Source of the DNA: Cyanobium sp. FGCU52
GTDB lineage: Bacteria; Cyanobacteriota; Cyanobacteriia; PCC-6307; Cyanobiaceae
Assembly: GCA_024958715.1 (NCBI GenBank)
Contig: JANWUS010000044.1
Location: 5,009-69,008, forward strand
Reading direction: 5' to 3'
Length of the DNA: 64,000 nt
Positions 26,483 through 36,827 of this stretch are shown piece by piece. The translations under genes were made by a program, and so were the position numbers. Numbering within the stretch: the first letter of the stretch is position 1; every line of letters starts with the position of its first letter. The notes under the pieces are model-generated. The model had not been told where the DNA came from and did no database searches. It saw nothing but the letters and a program-made list of their open reading frames with translations.

Positions 26483-27585
26483 TGGCGTTCTCGCTCGATC
26501 GGGTGGTGCCCTGGGGACGCTCGTACGACGAGTACGTGCGGATGTTCGACCTGGGGCCCGACGAGCTTGGCGGCCGGATCCTCGGCTGCGGCGACGGCCC
26601 GGCGGCCTTCCAGGCGGAACACCACCGCCGGGGGGGCCGCGGCGTGGCGATCGATCCGCTCTACGCCTTCTCCGCCGCGGAGATCGAGCAGCGGATCGCC
26701 GCCACCCACCGGCAGGTGATGGCCCAGGTGCGCGCCAACCGCGCCGACTTCGTGTGGATCACCATCCCCTCGCCCGAGGAGCTGGAGCGGCAGCGGCTGG
26801 CGGCCATGGCCCCCTTCCTCGCCGACTACGAAACGGGCCGGCAACAGGGGCGCTACGTGGCCGGCGAGGCCCAGGCCCTTCCCTTTGCCGCCGATCACTT
26901 TGATCTGGCCCTCTCCTCCCACTTCCTGCTGCTCTATGCCGAGGCGGTGCCGCTCGCGGAGCAGCGGCAGGCGATCGCTGAGCTGCTGCGGGTGGCGCCG
27001 GAGGTGCGCATCTTTCCGCTGCTCGAACTCGGCGGCGCGCCCTCGCGCCATCTGGAGCCCCTGATGGAGGAGCTGCGCGCCCAGGGCTGCGGCCTGGAGC
27101 TGCGGCGGGTGGCCTACGAGCTGCAGCGGGGCGGCCACACCCTGCTGCGCATCGTGCGGCCCGTGCTGACCAACGAGGCGATCGAGGCCCTGGCGGCCGA
27201 TGTCCTGGCCCTGCGGCTGCCCCGCGAGCGCTGGACCCACCAGGCCCATCTGGCGGTGGGGCTCTGGCACCTGCGCCGCCACGGCGAGTCGCAGGCGCTG
27301 GAGCTGCTGCGCACGCGCATCCGCGCCCACAACGTCTCCGCCGGCATCGTCAATGACGTCGACCACGGCTACCACGAAACGCTCACCTGCTTCTGGCTGC
27401 GGCTTCTCGCGGTCCACGAGGCCGCCCATCCGCAGGCAACACTCGCGGGATCGCTGGCCCTGCTGCTGCGCTCCCCCCTGGCCTCCGCCGATGCGCCCCT
27501 GCGGCACTACAAGCCGGAGCGGCTCTTTTCCCGCCAGGCGCGGGCCGGCTGGCTGGAGCCCGATCGAGCGCCTCTGCCCCGGTAA
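26482..27585 (+). CDS. SAM-dependent methyltransferase fused to an unknown C-terminal helical domain
   Basis: N-terminal VVPWGRS..EY..MF.L, ILGCGDGPAAF, FDLALSSHFLLLY, EVRIFPL; C-terminal WTHQAHL...GYHETLT.FW...LFS..AR..W.EPD module. Confidence 0.7.
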   Translation: MAFSLDRVVPWGRSYDEYVRMFDLGPDELGGRILGCGDGPAAFQAEHHRRGGRGVAIDPLYAFSAAEIEQRIAATHRQVMAQVRANRADFVWITIPSPEELERQRLAAMAPFLADYETGRQQGRYVAGEAQALPFAADHFDLALSSHFLLLYAEAVPLAEQRQAIAELLRVAPEVRIFPLLELGGAPSRHLEPLMEELRAQGCGLELRRVAYELQRGGHTLLRIVRPVLTNEAIEALAADVLALRLPRERWTHQAHLAVGLWHLRRHGESQALELLRTRIRAHNVSAGIVNDVDHGYHETLTCFWLRLLAVHEAAHPQATLAGSLALLLRSPLASADAPLRHYKPERLFSRQARAGWLEPDRAPLPR

Positions 27586-27595
27586 ACCGCGGCGC

Positions 27596-27997
27596 TCAGG
27601 GAAGGGCGGTGTAGGTGATCCGCTCGCCCACGCTCAGCACGGCCACATTGCTCTTCACCACGGTGTCCACCGTCTGATCCTTTCGGCGGTGCTCCTCGGT
27701 CTGCACCAGCACGGTCCCCGGCGGCTTGCTGTAGGTGTAGATGTTGGTTTTTCTGGCCGGGTCGTATTCGCCCGTGCCGGCCGTTTCCACCGTGCGGCCG
27801 TCGATCGTCCAGGTCTCCTCGAAGGCGAAGCTGTTCCTGCCCGTGCGCCGCTGGGTCACCACGCTGCTGGAGCCATCCGACGACACTCCTTTCCAGCGGC
27901 GGGTGGAGGCGTTGAAGGGCACGCCCGGGATGTCGGCCCTGCCCGACTTCCCATCGCTGCCGCAGGCGGCCAGGCTGAGCAGCAGGGCCATCACCAT
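27596..27997 (-). CDS. Hypothetical lipoprotein
   Basis: MVMALLLSLAAC lipobox followed by a beta-rich domain; the start could be 27997 or 28021. Confidence 0.55.
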   Translation of the reverse strand: MVMALLLSLAACGSDGKSGRADIPGVPFNASTRRWKGVSSDGSSSVVTQRRTGRNSFAFEETWTIDGRTVETAGTGEYDPARKTNIYTYSKPPGTVLVQTEEHRRKDQTVDTVVKSNVAVLSVGERITYTALP

Positions 27998-28158
27998 GCC
28001 GCCCCTGATCACGCGTTCCATCGATCGCGGGAAGTGTGGCGCCATTCTGGGCGGCGGCAGCGGCGGTGGGAGTGGCGGCGGCAGCGGCCCGCTCAGTGCA
28101 TGCTCCCGCCTCCGGAACCCTGGCTAGCTTCCGGAAGCCTGCCCGGATCCGCTCCTCC

Positions 28159-30513
28159 ATGGCCCTGAAGGAATACAAGCCGGGAACAAGCTTCCCGGGG
28201 GTGATCGGTCGCACCGCCGACGTTTCGACCCCCGCCTGGCCGATGCCGAACCGGGCCAAGGAAGGGGCCCCGAACGTGCTGTTCCTCGTGCTCGACGACA
28301 CGGGCTTCGGTCAGCTCGGATGCTTCGGCAGCCCGATCGCCACCCCCAACCTTGATGCTCTGGCGGCCGACGGCCTGCGTTTCAACAACATGCACACCAC
28401 GGCGCTCTGCTCGCCGTCACGCTCCTGCATGCTCACGGGCCGCAACCACCACTCCAACGGCTTGGCCTGCATCACCGAGGGCTCCATGGGGTTCCCCGGG
28501 TCGAACGGCATCATCCCGTTCGAGAACGGGTGCCTTTCCGAGATCCTGCTGCCCCACGGCTACAACACCTACGCCATCGGCAAGTGGCATCTCACCCCCG
28601 CCGAGCAGACCTCGGCCGCCGGCCCCTACGACCGCTGGCCGCTGGGTCGCGGCTTCGAGCGCTTCTACGGCTTCCTCGGCGGTGACACGCACCAGTACTA
28701 CCCGGAGCTGGTGCAGGACAACGCCCAGGTGGAACCGCCGGCCACCCCCGAGGAGGGCTACCACCTCACCCCCGATCTGGTGGCGAAGGCCAAGGCGATG
28801 ATCGCCGATGCCAAGCAGGTGGCGCCCAACAAGCCCTTCTTCATGTACTTCTGCACCGGCGCCATGCATGCGCCCCACCATGTGCCGAAGGAGTGGGCCG
28901 ACAAATACAAAGGAATGTTCGATGGCGGCTGGGATGCCTACCGCGAGCAGACGTTCGCCCGCCAGAAGGAGCTGGGCATCATCCCGCCGAACACGGTGCT
29001 CTCCCGCCACGATCCCGACGTGCCCGACTGGAACGGCCTCTCGGAGCCGGAGAAGCGGCTGTATGCCCGCATGATGGAGGTGTTCGCCGGCTTCCTTGAG
29101 CACACCGACCACCACATCGGCGAGCTGATCGCCTTCCTCAAGGAGATCGGCGAATACGAGAACACCCTGATCATGGTGATCTCCGACAACGGCGCCAGCT
29201 CCGAGGGCGGCCCCACCGGTTCGGTGAACGAGGGCAAGTTCTTCAACAACGTGCCGGAGAACCTCGAGCAGAACCTCGCCGCCATCGATGACATCGGCGG
29301 CCCGAAGTACTTCAACCACTACCCCTGGGGCTGGACCCACGCCGGCAACACGCCGTTCCGCCGCTGGAAGCGCGAAACCTACCGGGGGGGCACCAGCGAT
29401 CCCTTCATCCTCAGCTGGCCGAAGGGCATCGCCGCCCGCGGCGAGATCCGCAGCCAGTACTGCCACGCGATCGACATGGTGCCCACCGTGCTCGACGCCC
29501 TCGGCATCGAGGCGCCCACAACCCTGCGGGGGGTGACCCAGAGCCCGATCGAGGGCTTCTCGCTGCGCTCCTGCTTCGACAACCCCTCAGCGCCCAGCCT
29601 GCATCTCACCCAGTACTTCGAGATGTTCGGCCACCGTTCGCTCTATCACGACGGCTGGCGGGCCGTGTGCCCCTGGCCGGGCACGTCGTTCGTGGAATCG
29701 GGCCGGCGCTTCGGCGATCCGATCAGCTACGAGCAGCTGATCCAGCTCGATGCCCACGGCTGGGAGCTCTACAACCTGCAGGAGGATTTCGCTGAAACCA
29801 ACAACCTGGCCGAGATCGAGCGCGACCGGCTGATCGCCATGATCGGCATGTGGTACGTGGAGGCCGGCAAGTACAACGTGCTGCCGATCGACAGCCGCGG
29901 CACCCAGCGCTTCGCCGAGGAACGGCCCCAGATCACCGCCGATCGCCAGCACTACGTTTACTACCCTGGCACCCAGATGGTGCCTACCAACGCGGCGCCG
30001 CGGGTGCTCAACCGCCCCCATTCGATCTCGGTGGAAGTGGAGGTGCCCGACGGCGGCGCCGAGGGGGTGCTGTTCAGCATGGGCGGCAACGATGGCGGCT
30101 TCGCCTTCTACGTGCAGAACGGCCTGCTCACCTACGGCTACAACTATGTGGCCGAGCAGTTCTTCCACGTGCGCTCCAGCGGCCCGATCCCGCCCGGCCA
30201 CCACATCGTCAGCGCCGAGTTCACTCCCACCGGCGCGCCCGATCTCGCCAACGGCAGGGGCACACCGGCCAAGGTGGTGCTGTTCGTCGATGGCGAACCG
30301 GTGGGTGAGGGCGACCTGCCGGTGACGATCCCGCTCAGCCTCGGCCTGGCCGCCGGCGTGGCGGTGGGGGCCGATCCCGGCTCACCCGCCCTGCCCGACT
30401 ACAAACCCCCCTTCGCCTACGCCGGCCGCATCAGGCGGGCCCTGGTGGATGTCAGCGGCACCCCGGTCGACGACCTCAAGGAGCGGATGCGCCAGATCCT
30501 GGCGCGGCAGTGA
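28159..30513 (+). CDS. Arylsulfatase (Cys-type, CxPxR)
   Basis: PNVLFLVLDDTG, LCSPSRSCMLTGRNHH, GKWHL, SDNGAS and WELYNL.EDF.E..NLA motifs; no signal peptide. Confidence 0.92.
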   Translation: MALKEYKPGTSFPGVIGRTADVSTPAWPMPNRAKEGAPNVLFLVLDDTGFGQLGCFGSPIATPNLDALAADGLRFNNMHTTALCSPSRSCMLTGRNHHSNGLACITEGSMGFPGSNGIIPFENGCLSEILLPHGYNTYAIGKWHLTPAEQTSAAGPYDRWPLGRGFERFYGFLGGDTHQYYPELVQDNAQVEPPATPEEGYHLTPDLVAKAKAMIADAKQVAPNKPFFMYFCTGAMHAPHHVPKEWADKYKGMFDGGWDAYREQTFARQKELGIIPPNTVLSRHDPDVPDWNGLSEPEKRLYARMMEVFAGFLEHTDHHIGELIAFLKEIGEYENTLIMVISDNGASSEGGPTGSVNEGKFFNNVPENLEQNLAAIDDIGGPKYFNHYPWGWTHAGNTPFRRWKRETYRGGTSDPFILSWPKGIAARGEIRSQYCHAIDMVPTVLDALGIEAPTTLRGVTQSPIEGFSLRSCFDNPSAPSLHLTQYFEMFGHRSLYHDGWRAVCPWPGTSFVESGRRFGDPISYEQLIQLDAHGWELYNLQEDFAETNNLAEIERDRLIAMIGMWYVEAGKYNVLPIDSRGTQRFAEERPQITADRQHYVYYPGTQMVPTNAAPRVLNRPHSISVEVEVPDGGAEGVLFSMGGNDGGFAFYVQNGLLTYGYNYVAEQFFHVRSSGPIPPGHHIVSAEFTPTGAPDLANGRGTPAKVVLFVDGEPVGEGDLPVTIPLSLGLAAGVAVGADPGSPALPDYKPPFAYAGRIRRALVDVSGTPVDDLKERMRQILARQ

Positions 30514-33170
30514 GGGCGGGAGGCGCTGCCCCGTCGGCCGCCGACCTTCTGCAGGCGGCCCGCGAGGAGGTCGACGCGCTTCTGGCCCGGCTCAACACCT
30601 CCGCCGACGGGCTGAGCCGGCTGCAGTCGCGCCTGCGGCTCGAGCGCCTGGGGGCCAACGTGATCGCCCAGGAGAAACCCGTTCCCTGGTACTGGCAGCT
30701 GCTGGCCACCTTCGCCAATCCGCTGGTGGGGCTGCTGGCCTCGCTGGCGCTGGTGTCCCTGCTCACCGGGGATGCCAAGGCCGCCCTGATCATCAGCGGC
30801 ATGATCCTGTTCAGCGTGGGGTTGCGCTTCTCCCAGGAGTACCGCTCCGTGCGGGCCGCCGAAGGTCTGCGCCGCCTCGTGCACACCACGGCCACGGTGA
30901 AGCGCCGCGATGCCCGCCGGGACATCTCTCCGGCCCTGGCGGCCGACCTCGGCCTGCAGCTTGAGGGAGAAGGGTCCCTGCAGGAGGAGGAGCCCATCGA
31001 GCGGCTGGTGCCCGGCGACGTGGTGCTGCTGGCAGCGGGCGACATGATCCCCGCCGACGTGCGGGTGCTGACGTCGAAGGATCTGTTCGTGAGCCAGGCC
31101 GCCCTCACCGGCGAATCGCTGCCGGCCGAGAAGCATGCGCTGCTGCCGCCCGAGCAGCAGCAGACAGGGGAGCCGCTGGAGCTGGTGAATCTCTGCTTCC
31201 TCGGCACCAACGTGATCAGCGGCACCGCCACTGCGGTGGTGCTCCACACCGGGCCCCGCACCCTGCTCGGCGCCCTCGCCCAGACCCTCGCGGGTCAGCG
31301 GACCAGCAGCAGCTTCGATCGCGGCATCCGCGACGTGAGCCTGCTGCTGCTGCGGTTCATGGCTCTGATGGCGCCGGCGGTGTTCCTGATCAACGGGATC
31401 GGCAAGGGCAACTGGGGCGAGGCCTTCTTCTTCGCCCTCTCGGTGGCGGTGGGCCTCACGCCGGAGATGCTGCCGATGATCGTGACCGCCAATCTCTCGC
31501 GGGGAGCGATCGCGATGTCGAAGCAGAAGGTGATCGTCAAGAACATCGACTCGATCCAGAATCTCGGTGCCATGAACATCCTCTGCACCGACAAGACGGG
31601 CACCCTCACCCAGGATCGGATCATCCTCAAACTCCACCTCGACTGCCGGGGCCGCGACAGCAACGAGGTGCTCGAATTCGCCTATCTCAACAGCTTCTAT
31701 CAAACCGGCCTGCGCAATCTGCTCGATGTGGCGGTGCTGGACCATGCCGATGTGCATACGGCCCTGGAGGTGGAGCATCGCTTCAGCAAGATCGACGAGA
31801 TCCCCTTCGATTTCCAGCGCCGCCGCATGTCGGTGGTGGTGGAGGAGGAGAGCCACCACCACGAACTGATCTGCAAGGGAGCCGTGGAGGAGGTGCTGGC
31901 GGTCTGCACCCAGGTGCGCGATCGCACAGGCGTGCTGCCGATCGATCCCGGCCTGCGCCAGTCGATCCTGCGGCTCCACGATGACCTCAACGAGGATGGG
32001 CTGCGGGTGATCGCCGTGGCCTACAAGGAGGTGCCCCGCCGCGACGGGCCCTATGCCCTGGCCGATGAATCTGATCTCACCTTCCTGGGCTTCATCGCCT
32101 TCCTCGATCCTCCCAAGGACTCCGCGGCCCAGGCCATCCGCGAGCTCGGCCAGGGAGGCGTGAGCGTGAAGGTGCTCACCGGCGACAACCCGGTGATCGC
32201 CGCCAAGACCTGCCGCGACGTGGGCATGACGGTGGAGGGCATCCTCCTGGGCGCCGAGGTGGAGGCCCTCGCCGATGAGCAGCTGATGCTGCGGGCCGAG
32301 GCCACCACGATCTTCGCCCGTCTGTCGCCGCTGCAGAAATCGCGCATCATCCGCCTGCTGCGCCAGCGCGGCCACGTGGTGGGCTTCATGGGTGACGGCA
32401 TCAACGATGCGGCCGCCCTGCGCGAGGCCGATATCGGCATCTCCGTGGATACGGCGGTGGACATCGCCAAGGAGTCGGCCGACATCATCCTGCTCGACAA
32501 GAGTCTGCTGGTGCTCAACGACGGTGTGCGCGAAGGTCGCCGCACCTTCGTGAACATCGTCAAGTACATCCGTATGGGAACGAGTTCCGCCTTCGGCAAC
32601 ATGTTCAGCATGCTGGGGGCGAGCATCCTGCTGCCGTTCCTGCCGATGCAGCCGGTGCAGATCCTGCTCAACAACCTCCTCTACGACTTCTCCCAGACCG
32701 GCATCCCCTTCGACAACGTCGACCCCGAGGATCTGCGCAAGCCGCGGCAGTGGCAGGTGGGCGGAATCCGGCGCTTCATGCTGTTCATCGGGCCGGTCAG
32801 CTCCCTGTTCGACTACGCCACCTTCGCTCTGATGTGGTTCGTGTTCCAGGCCCGGGATCCGGCCCGCCAGAGCCTGTTCCAGTCGGGCTGGTTCGTGGAG
32901 AGCCTGATGACCCAGACCCTGATCGTCCATGTCATCCGCACCCGACGGATTCCGTTTCTGCAGAGCCGGCCCTCCCTCACGATGGCCCTGGCCACGCTGG
33001 TGGTGATGGCGATCGGCATCGCCCTGCCGTTCACCTCGATCGGCGCCGGCCTCAATCTGGTGCCCCTGCCCCTGCCCTACTTCGCCTGGCTGGCGGCCAT
33101 CGTGCTGGGCTACACCACCCTCACCCAGCTGGTGAAGAGCTGGTTCGTGCGCCGCTTCGGCTACGGCTGA
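30510..33170 (+). CDS. mgtA: Magnesium-translocating P-type ATPase
   Basis: TGES, VAVGLTPEMLPMIV, DKTGTLT, KGAVEE, MGDGINDA and GNMFS motifs diagnostic of MgtA/B. Confidence 0.92.
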   Translation: MRAGGAAPSAADLLQAAREEVDALLARLNTSADGLSRLQSRLRLERLGANVIAQEKPVPWYWQLLATFANPLVGLLASLALVSLLTGDAKAALIISGMILFSVGLRFSQEYRSVRAAEGLRRLVHTTATVKRRDARRDISPALAADLGLQLEGEGSLQEEEPIERLVPGDVVLLAAGDMIPADVRVLTSKDLFVSQAALTGESLPAEKHALLPPEQQQTGEPLELVNLCFLGTNVISGTATAVVLHTGPRTLLGALAQTLAGQRTSSSFDRGIRDVSLLLLRFMALMAPAVFLINGIGKGNWGEAFFFALSVAVGLTPEMLPMIVTANLSRGAIAMSKQKVIVKNIDSIQNLGAMNILCTDKTGTLTQDRIILKLHLDCRGRDSNEVLEFAYLNSFYQTGLRNLLDVAVLDHADVHTALEVEHRFSKIDEIPFDFQRRRMSVVVEEESHHHELICKGAVEEVLAVCTQVRDRTGVLPIDPGLRQSILRLHDDLNEDGLRVIAVAYKEVPRRDGPYALADESDLTFLGFIAFLDPPKDSAAQAIRELGQGGVSVKVLTGDNPVIAAKTCRDVGMTVEGILLGAEVEALADEQLMLRAEATTIFARLSPLQKSRIIRLLRQRGHVVGFMGDGINDAAALREADIGISVDTAVDIAKESADIILLDKSLLVLNDGVREGRRTFVNIVKYIRMGTSSAFGNMFSMLGASILLPFLPMQPVQILLNNLLYDFSQTGIPFDNVDPEDLRKPRQWQVGGIRRFMLFIGPVSSLFDYATFALMWFVFQARDPARQSLFQSGWFVESLMTQTLIVHVIRTRRIPFLQSRPSLTMALATLVVMAIGIALPFTSIGAGLNLVPLPLPYFAWLAAIVLGYTTLTQLVKSWFVRRFGYG

Positions 33171-33185
33171 ATGCTGGCCACGGGT

Positions 33186-33557
33186 TCAGGCCATCGAATG
33201 CAGCCCGATCATGTTGCCCTCGCTGTCGCTCAGCAGGGAGATGAAGCCGTAGGGGCCGATCGACATCTTCGGGCGCACCACCTTGCCGCCGGCCGCCTCC
33301 ACCCGACCTTCCTCGATGGCGCAGTCCTGGCAGCCGAAGTACACCAGGCTCCCGCCGGGACCAGGGGTGACCCCCTCCATCTTCGCCAGGGCGCCTCCGG
33401 CGCCATAGCGGCCGTCCTCCATCGGAAACGACCAGTACTCCATCCCCTCCACGGGAAGCTGCTCCAGCACCACGCCGAACACCGCTTCGTAGAAGGCGCG
33501 GGCGCGGGCCATGTCGGCCACGTAGATCTCAAACCAGGGGACGGGATTGCCGGCCAT
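33186..33557 (-). CDS. VOC/glyoxalase family protein
   Basis: NPVPWFEIYVADMARARAFY..VFG and DSEGNMIGLHS. Confidence 0.85.
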   Translation of the reverse strand: MAGNPVPWFEIYVADMARARAFYEAVFGVVLEQLPVEGMEYWSFPMEDGRYGAGGALAKMEGVTPGPGGSLVYFGCQDCAIEEGRVEAAGGKVVRPKMSIGPYGFISLLSDSEGNMIGLHSMA

Positions 33558-33620
33558 CGGCCTCTCCGCGTGGTGCGCGGTCAATCTAAGGTCAATCCCG
33601 CATGGGTCTCAGGCTGGGCG

Positions 33621-34049
33621 TCAGAGCCCCTCGAAGCGCACGTTCAGGTTCAGCTGCCCAGGGCCGAGCGCTGTGGCCTGCAGCACCAGGGTCGCGGTCT
33701 TGCCCGAGGGCGTGCCGTCCACCTTGGTGTCGGCCGGAGGGTCCATCACAAGGTTGAAGCCCCACGATCCGCTCACCGTGTTCACCGGCCGCTCCCGGTA
33801 GCCCTGTGCCGTCAGCGACGCGCGCACCTGGGCCAGCAGCCCCTCCGGCGTGCCGGCCAGCTGGGTGTTCAGGCTGGTCTGGCCGATGGCGTTGGCGGCG
33901 GCCAGGGCGGCGGCCGGCTTGGGCAGGGGCAGCTTCAGGCCCGCCAGAAGCGCGCCGGCCGGGGCGGCAAGGGCGGCGGTGGCGGCGAGGCCGATCAGGC
34001 TCAGCCCCAGCAGGGCGGAGCGCAGCGGCCGGAGGGCGGACGAGCGCAT
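33621..34049 (-). CDS. Hypothetical exported protein
   Basis: Signal-peptide-like N-terminus (MRSSALRPLRSALLGLSLIG...); no recognisable domain. Confidence 0.55.
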   Translation of the reverse strand: MRSSALRPLRSALLGLSLIGLAATAALAAPAGALLAGLKLPLPKPAAALAAANAIGQTSLNTQLAGTPEGLLAQVRASLTAQGYRERPVNTVSGSWGFNLVMDPPADTKVDGTPSGKTATLVLQATALGPGQLNLNVRFEGL

Positions 34050-34103
34050 GGCGGCGACGGCGAGGGCTGCCGGCAAGGTAGGAACGCTGCATCGAGCCCG
34101 GCC

Positions 34104-34637
34104 ATGGCGTCACCGTGCCTGTTTCTGGTGGTGCTCGGCGGCCGCACCGCCCGGGCGCACATCGAGCTCCACGACGTGCGCTTCGTGGTGGGCCAGCGGA
34201 TCGAGGACACCTTCGCCGCCCTGCGGCAGCAGTGGTTCGGCGACCGCCGCGGCCTTCACCTCGACAGCTGGATGGCGGTGCGTTTCGTGGACGGCTTCCG
34301 CGTGGAGCTGCGCCCGGAGCCGGCGCAGGAGCCGGCGCAGGGCCCGGAGCGGCTGTGGTTCGTGAACCTGGGGGGCTACGACCCCCACCAGCTGGCGGAG
34401 CTGCATCAGTTCCTGCTGGTGGTGGCGCCCACGCCCCAGGCCGCCCGGGCCCGGGCCCTGCGACGCGGTCTGCCGGAGGCCGAGGGCCGCCACAAGGACG
34501 ACCTCCATGCCGTCGACGACTGCCTGCCCCTGGATCTGCTGGAGGGGTGGCATGTGCACCTGGTTCCCGATCCCCAGGGCCGCAGCCAGCCCCTGGTGCC
34601 TCACTGGTTCGGCTACCGGCGGATCGATCGCACCTGA
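34104..34637 (+). CDS. DUF1543 domain protein
   Basis: LFLVVLGG....IELHDVRFVVG, LHLDSW, LWFVNLGGYDP..LAELH and HKDDLHAVDD motifs. Confidence 0.8.
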   Translation: MASPCLFLVVLGGRTARAHIELHDVRFVVGQRIEDTFAALRQQWFGDRRGLHLDSWMAVRFVDGFRVELRPEPAQEPAQGPERLWFVNLGGYDPHQLAELHQFLLVVAPTPQAARARALRRGLPEAEGRHKDDLHAVDDCLPLDLLEGWHVHLVPDPQGRSQPLVPHWFGYRRIDRT

Positions 34638-34681
34638 GTGTTGCGGCTGAGGGTGGCGGCGCGGCCGCGGAGGCTGGCGGG

Positions 34682-35623
34682 CTAGCTCCAGGCCACCTCC
34701 TGCCCCGTGCTCACGGCAAAGGTGGTCTCCACCAGCGAGCCGTTCGGCCAGTCGATGTCGAGGGTGGTGGTGGTCTGCTGAGGGGGGATGGACCCCTGCA
34801 CCAGGCGCCGGGGGCCGCTGCCCAGCGCACCGAGCTGGATCAGATCCAGCTGATCGCGGCGGGCCGGGAACCAGGCGTGCTGGTGGCCGCTGATGTAGGC
34901 CTGCACGCCGCCGGCCTCCAGCAGGTCCTGCACCGCGGCGGCCTGATCCAGCACCTCGCCCGGCCGGTCGCGGCCCTGGCTGATGCCGAACAGGGGCAGG
35001 TGCCCCATCACCAGCCGCAGCCGCGCCTGGCGGGCGGCGGGGCTGGCCAGCTGCCGGCGCGCCCAGGCCAGCTGCTCGGGCGGGATGCGGCTGGAGCTCG
35101 CATCCCACACCAGCCAGAACACCTCGTTCTGCAGAACGCTGTAGTGGAAGGGAAACAGGCCGCTGTCCACGAAGTTCAGCCCCAGGGCCTGGCGGCGCGG
35201 CAGCCAGAAGCGCCGCACGGCCTCGCGATCGGCCGTGAACCCCGGGGAGCCGTCGTGGTTGCCCACCGCCGGCAGGAACGGCACGCCCGCCTGGCGCACC
35301 GGCATCAGCACCGTTCGGCCGAAGGCGTCCCACATCGCATCCAGCCGGGCAGCGCCGAGGCCCGGCTTCTGGCCCGCCACCATGTCGCCGGCACAGGCGA
35401 TCAGGGCCGGCCGGCGGGCCAGAAGCTGCCGCAGCCCCTGGGACACCGTGGGCATGTAGGTGGTGGAGCCGTAGCTGCTGTTGAAATCGCTGATCAGGCC
35501 CAGGCGCAGATCACCCGACCCCGGCAGCGCTGCGGCCGGGGCGAGGCGCTCCGCCAACAGCCAGCCGGCGCCGCCCAGGCCGGCGGCGGCGAGCTGCAGC
35601 AGCTGGCGGCGGCGCAGAGCCAT
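34682..35623 (-). CDS. Metallophosphoesterase with probable Tat signal
   Basis: MALRRRQLL twin-arginine start; ISDFNSSYG, AGDMVAG, GNHD, MGHLP and SGHQH motifs. Confidence 0.82.
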   Translation of the reverse strand: MALRRRQLLQLAAAGLGGAGWLLAERLAPAAALPGSGDLRLGLISDFNSSYGSTTYMPTVSQGLRQLLARRPALIACAGDMVAGQKPGLGAARLDAMWDAFGRTVLMPVRQAGVPFLPAVGNHDGSPGFTADREAVRRFWLPRRQALGLNFVDSGLFPFHYSVLQNEVFWLVWDASSSRIPPEQLAWARRQLASPAARQARLRLVMGHLPLFGISQGRDRPGEVLDQAAAVQDLLEAGGVQAYISGHQHAWFPARRDQLDLIQLGALGSGPRRLVQGSIPPQQTTTTLDIDWPNGSLVETTFAVSTGQEVAWS

Positions 35624-35710
35624 GAACCGATGGGGTGGGTGCCGCCCAGCATGGAGCAGGCGCGCCGGCGGCCGGAGATGATCAGGGCTCCACGCGGCCA
35701 GCGGCCCCCC

Positions 35711-36808
35711 ATGAACATCGACGGCAAGGCCTGGCGCACCATCTGGCTGGAGGAGGGAGGTCGCTCGGTGGGGGTGATCGACCAGACCCGGCTGCCGCAC
35801 CGCTTCACCACCCGCTCGCTCGCCACCCTCGATGAGGCGGCCGAGGCGATCACCACGATGGTGGTGCGGGGGGCGCCGCTGATCGGCGTCACCGGCGCCT
35901 ACGGGCTGATGCTCGCCCTTCAGGCCGATCCGAGCGATGACGCGCTTGAGGCGGCCTTCACCCGGCTGAACGCCACCCGGCCCACGGCGGTGAACTTGCG
36001 CTGGGCCCTCGAGCGGGTGCGCGCGAAGGTGGCACCGCTGCCCCCGGCCGAGCGGGCTGAGGCGGCCAAGGCCGAGGCCGCCGCCATCGCCGACGAGGAC
36101 GTGGCGATGTGCGACGCCATCGGCGAGCACGGCCTGGCCCTCTTCCGCCAGCTGGCGGCGGCACGGCCAGCCGAATGCCGGGGCGAGCCGCTGAACGTGC
36201 TCACGCACTGCAACGCCGGCTGGCTGGCCACCGTCGACTGGGGCACCGCCCTGGCGCCGATCTACAAGGCCCACCGGGCCGGTATCCCCATCCACGTGTG
36301 GGTCGACGAGACCCGTCCCCGCAACCAGGGCGCCAGCCTCACCGCCTTCGAGCTGGGCCGCGAGGGGGTGCCCCACACGGTGATCGTCGACAACGCCGGC
36401 GGCCACCTGATGCAGCACGGCCAGGTGGATGCGGTGATCGTGGGCACCGACCGCACCACCCGCACCGGCGACGTGTGCAACAAGATCGGCACCTACCTCA
36501 AGGCCCTGGCCGCCCACGACAACGGCGTGCCCTTCTACGTGGCCCTGCCCGCCTCCACCATCGACTGGACGATCGCCGACGGGGTGGCGGAGATTCCGAT
36601 CGAGGCCCGCTCCGCCGCCGAGGTGACGGACATCCAGGGGCGCGATTCCGCCGGCGCCATCGGAAGCGTGCAGCTCACCCCCGACGGCTCCAGCGGTTTC
36701 AACCCCGCCTTCGATGTCACCCCCGCCCGGCTGGTGACGGCCCTGATCACCGAGCGCGGTGTGGCGCCGGCCAGCGAGGAGGGCCTGCGGCAGCTCTACA
36801 CCCAGTGA
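35711..36808 (+). CDS. mtnA: S-methyl-5-thioribose-1-phosphate isomerase
   Basis: IDQTRLP, MVVRGAPLIG, RPTAVNL, LTHCNAGWLATVDWGTA, DETRPRNQG, NKIGTY and NPAFDVTP. Confidence 0.92.
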   Translation: MNIDGKAWRTIWLEEGGRSVGVIDQTRLPHRFTTRSLATLDEAAEAITTMVVRGAPLIGVTGAYGLMLALQADPSDDALEAAFTRLNATRPTAVNLRWALERVRAKVAPLPPAERAEAAKAEAAAIADEDVAMCDAIGEHGLALFRQLAAARPAECRGEPLNVLTHCNAGWLATVDWGTALAPIYKAHRAGIPIHVWVDETRPRNQGASLTAFELGREGVPHTVIVDNAGGHLMQHGQVDAVIVGTDRTTRTGDVCNKIGTYLKALAAHDNGVPFYVALPASTIDWTIADGVAEIPIEARSAAEVTDIQGRDSAGAIGSVQLTPDGSSGFNPAFDVTPARLVTALITERGVAPASEEGLRQLYTQ

Positions 36809-36827
36809 TGAACCGCGTGCGCCACCC

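Noticed and set aside
28050-28088. Three degenerate 12-bp units that would encode (GGGS)3 or PLPP repeats between divergent genes
   Set aside because: No start codon puts them in a credible gene; most likely GC-rich low-complexity spacer DNA.
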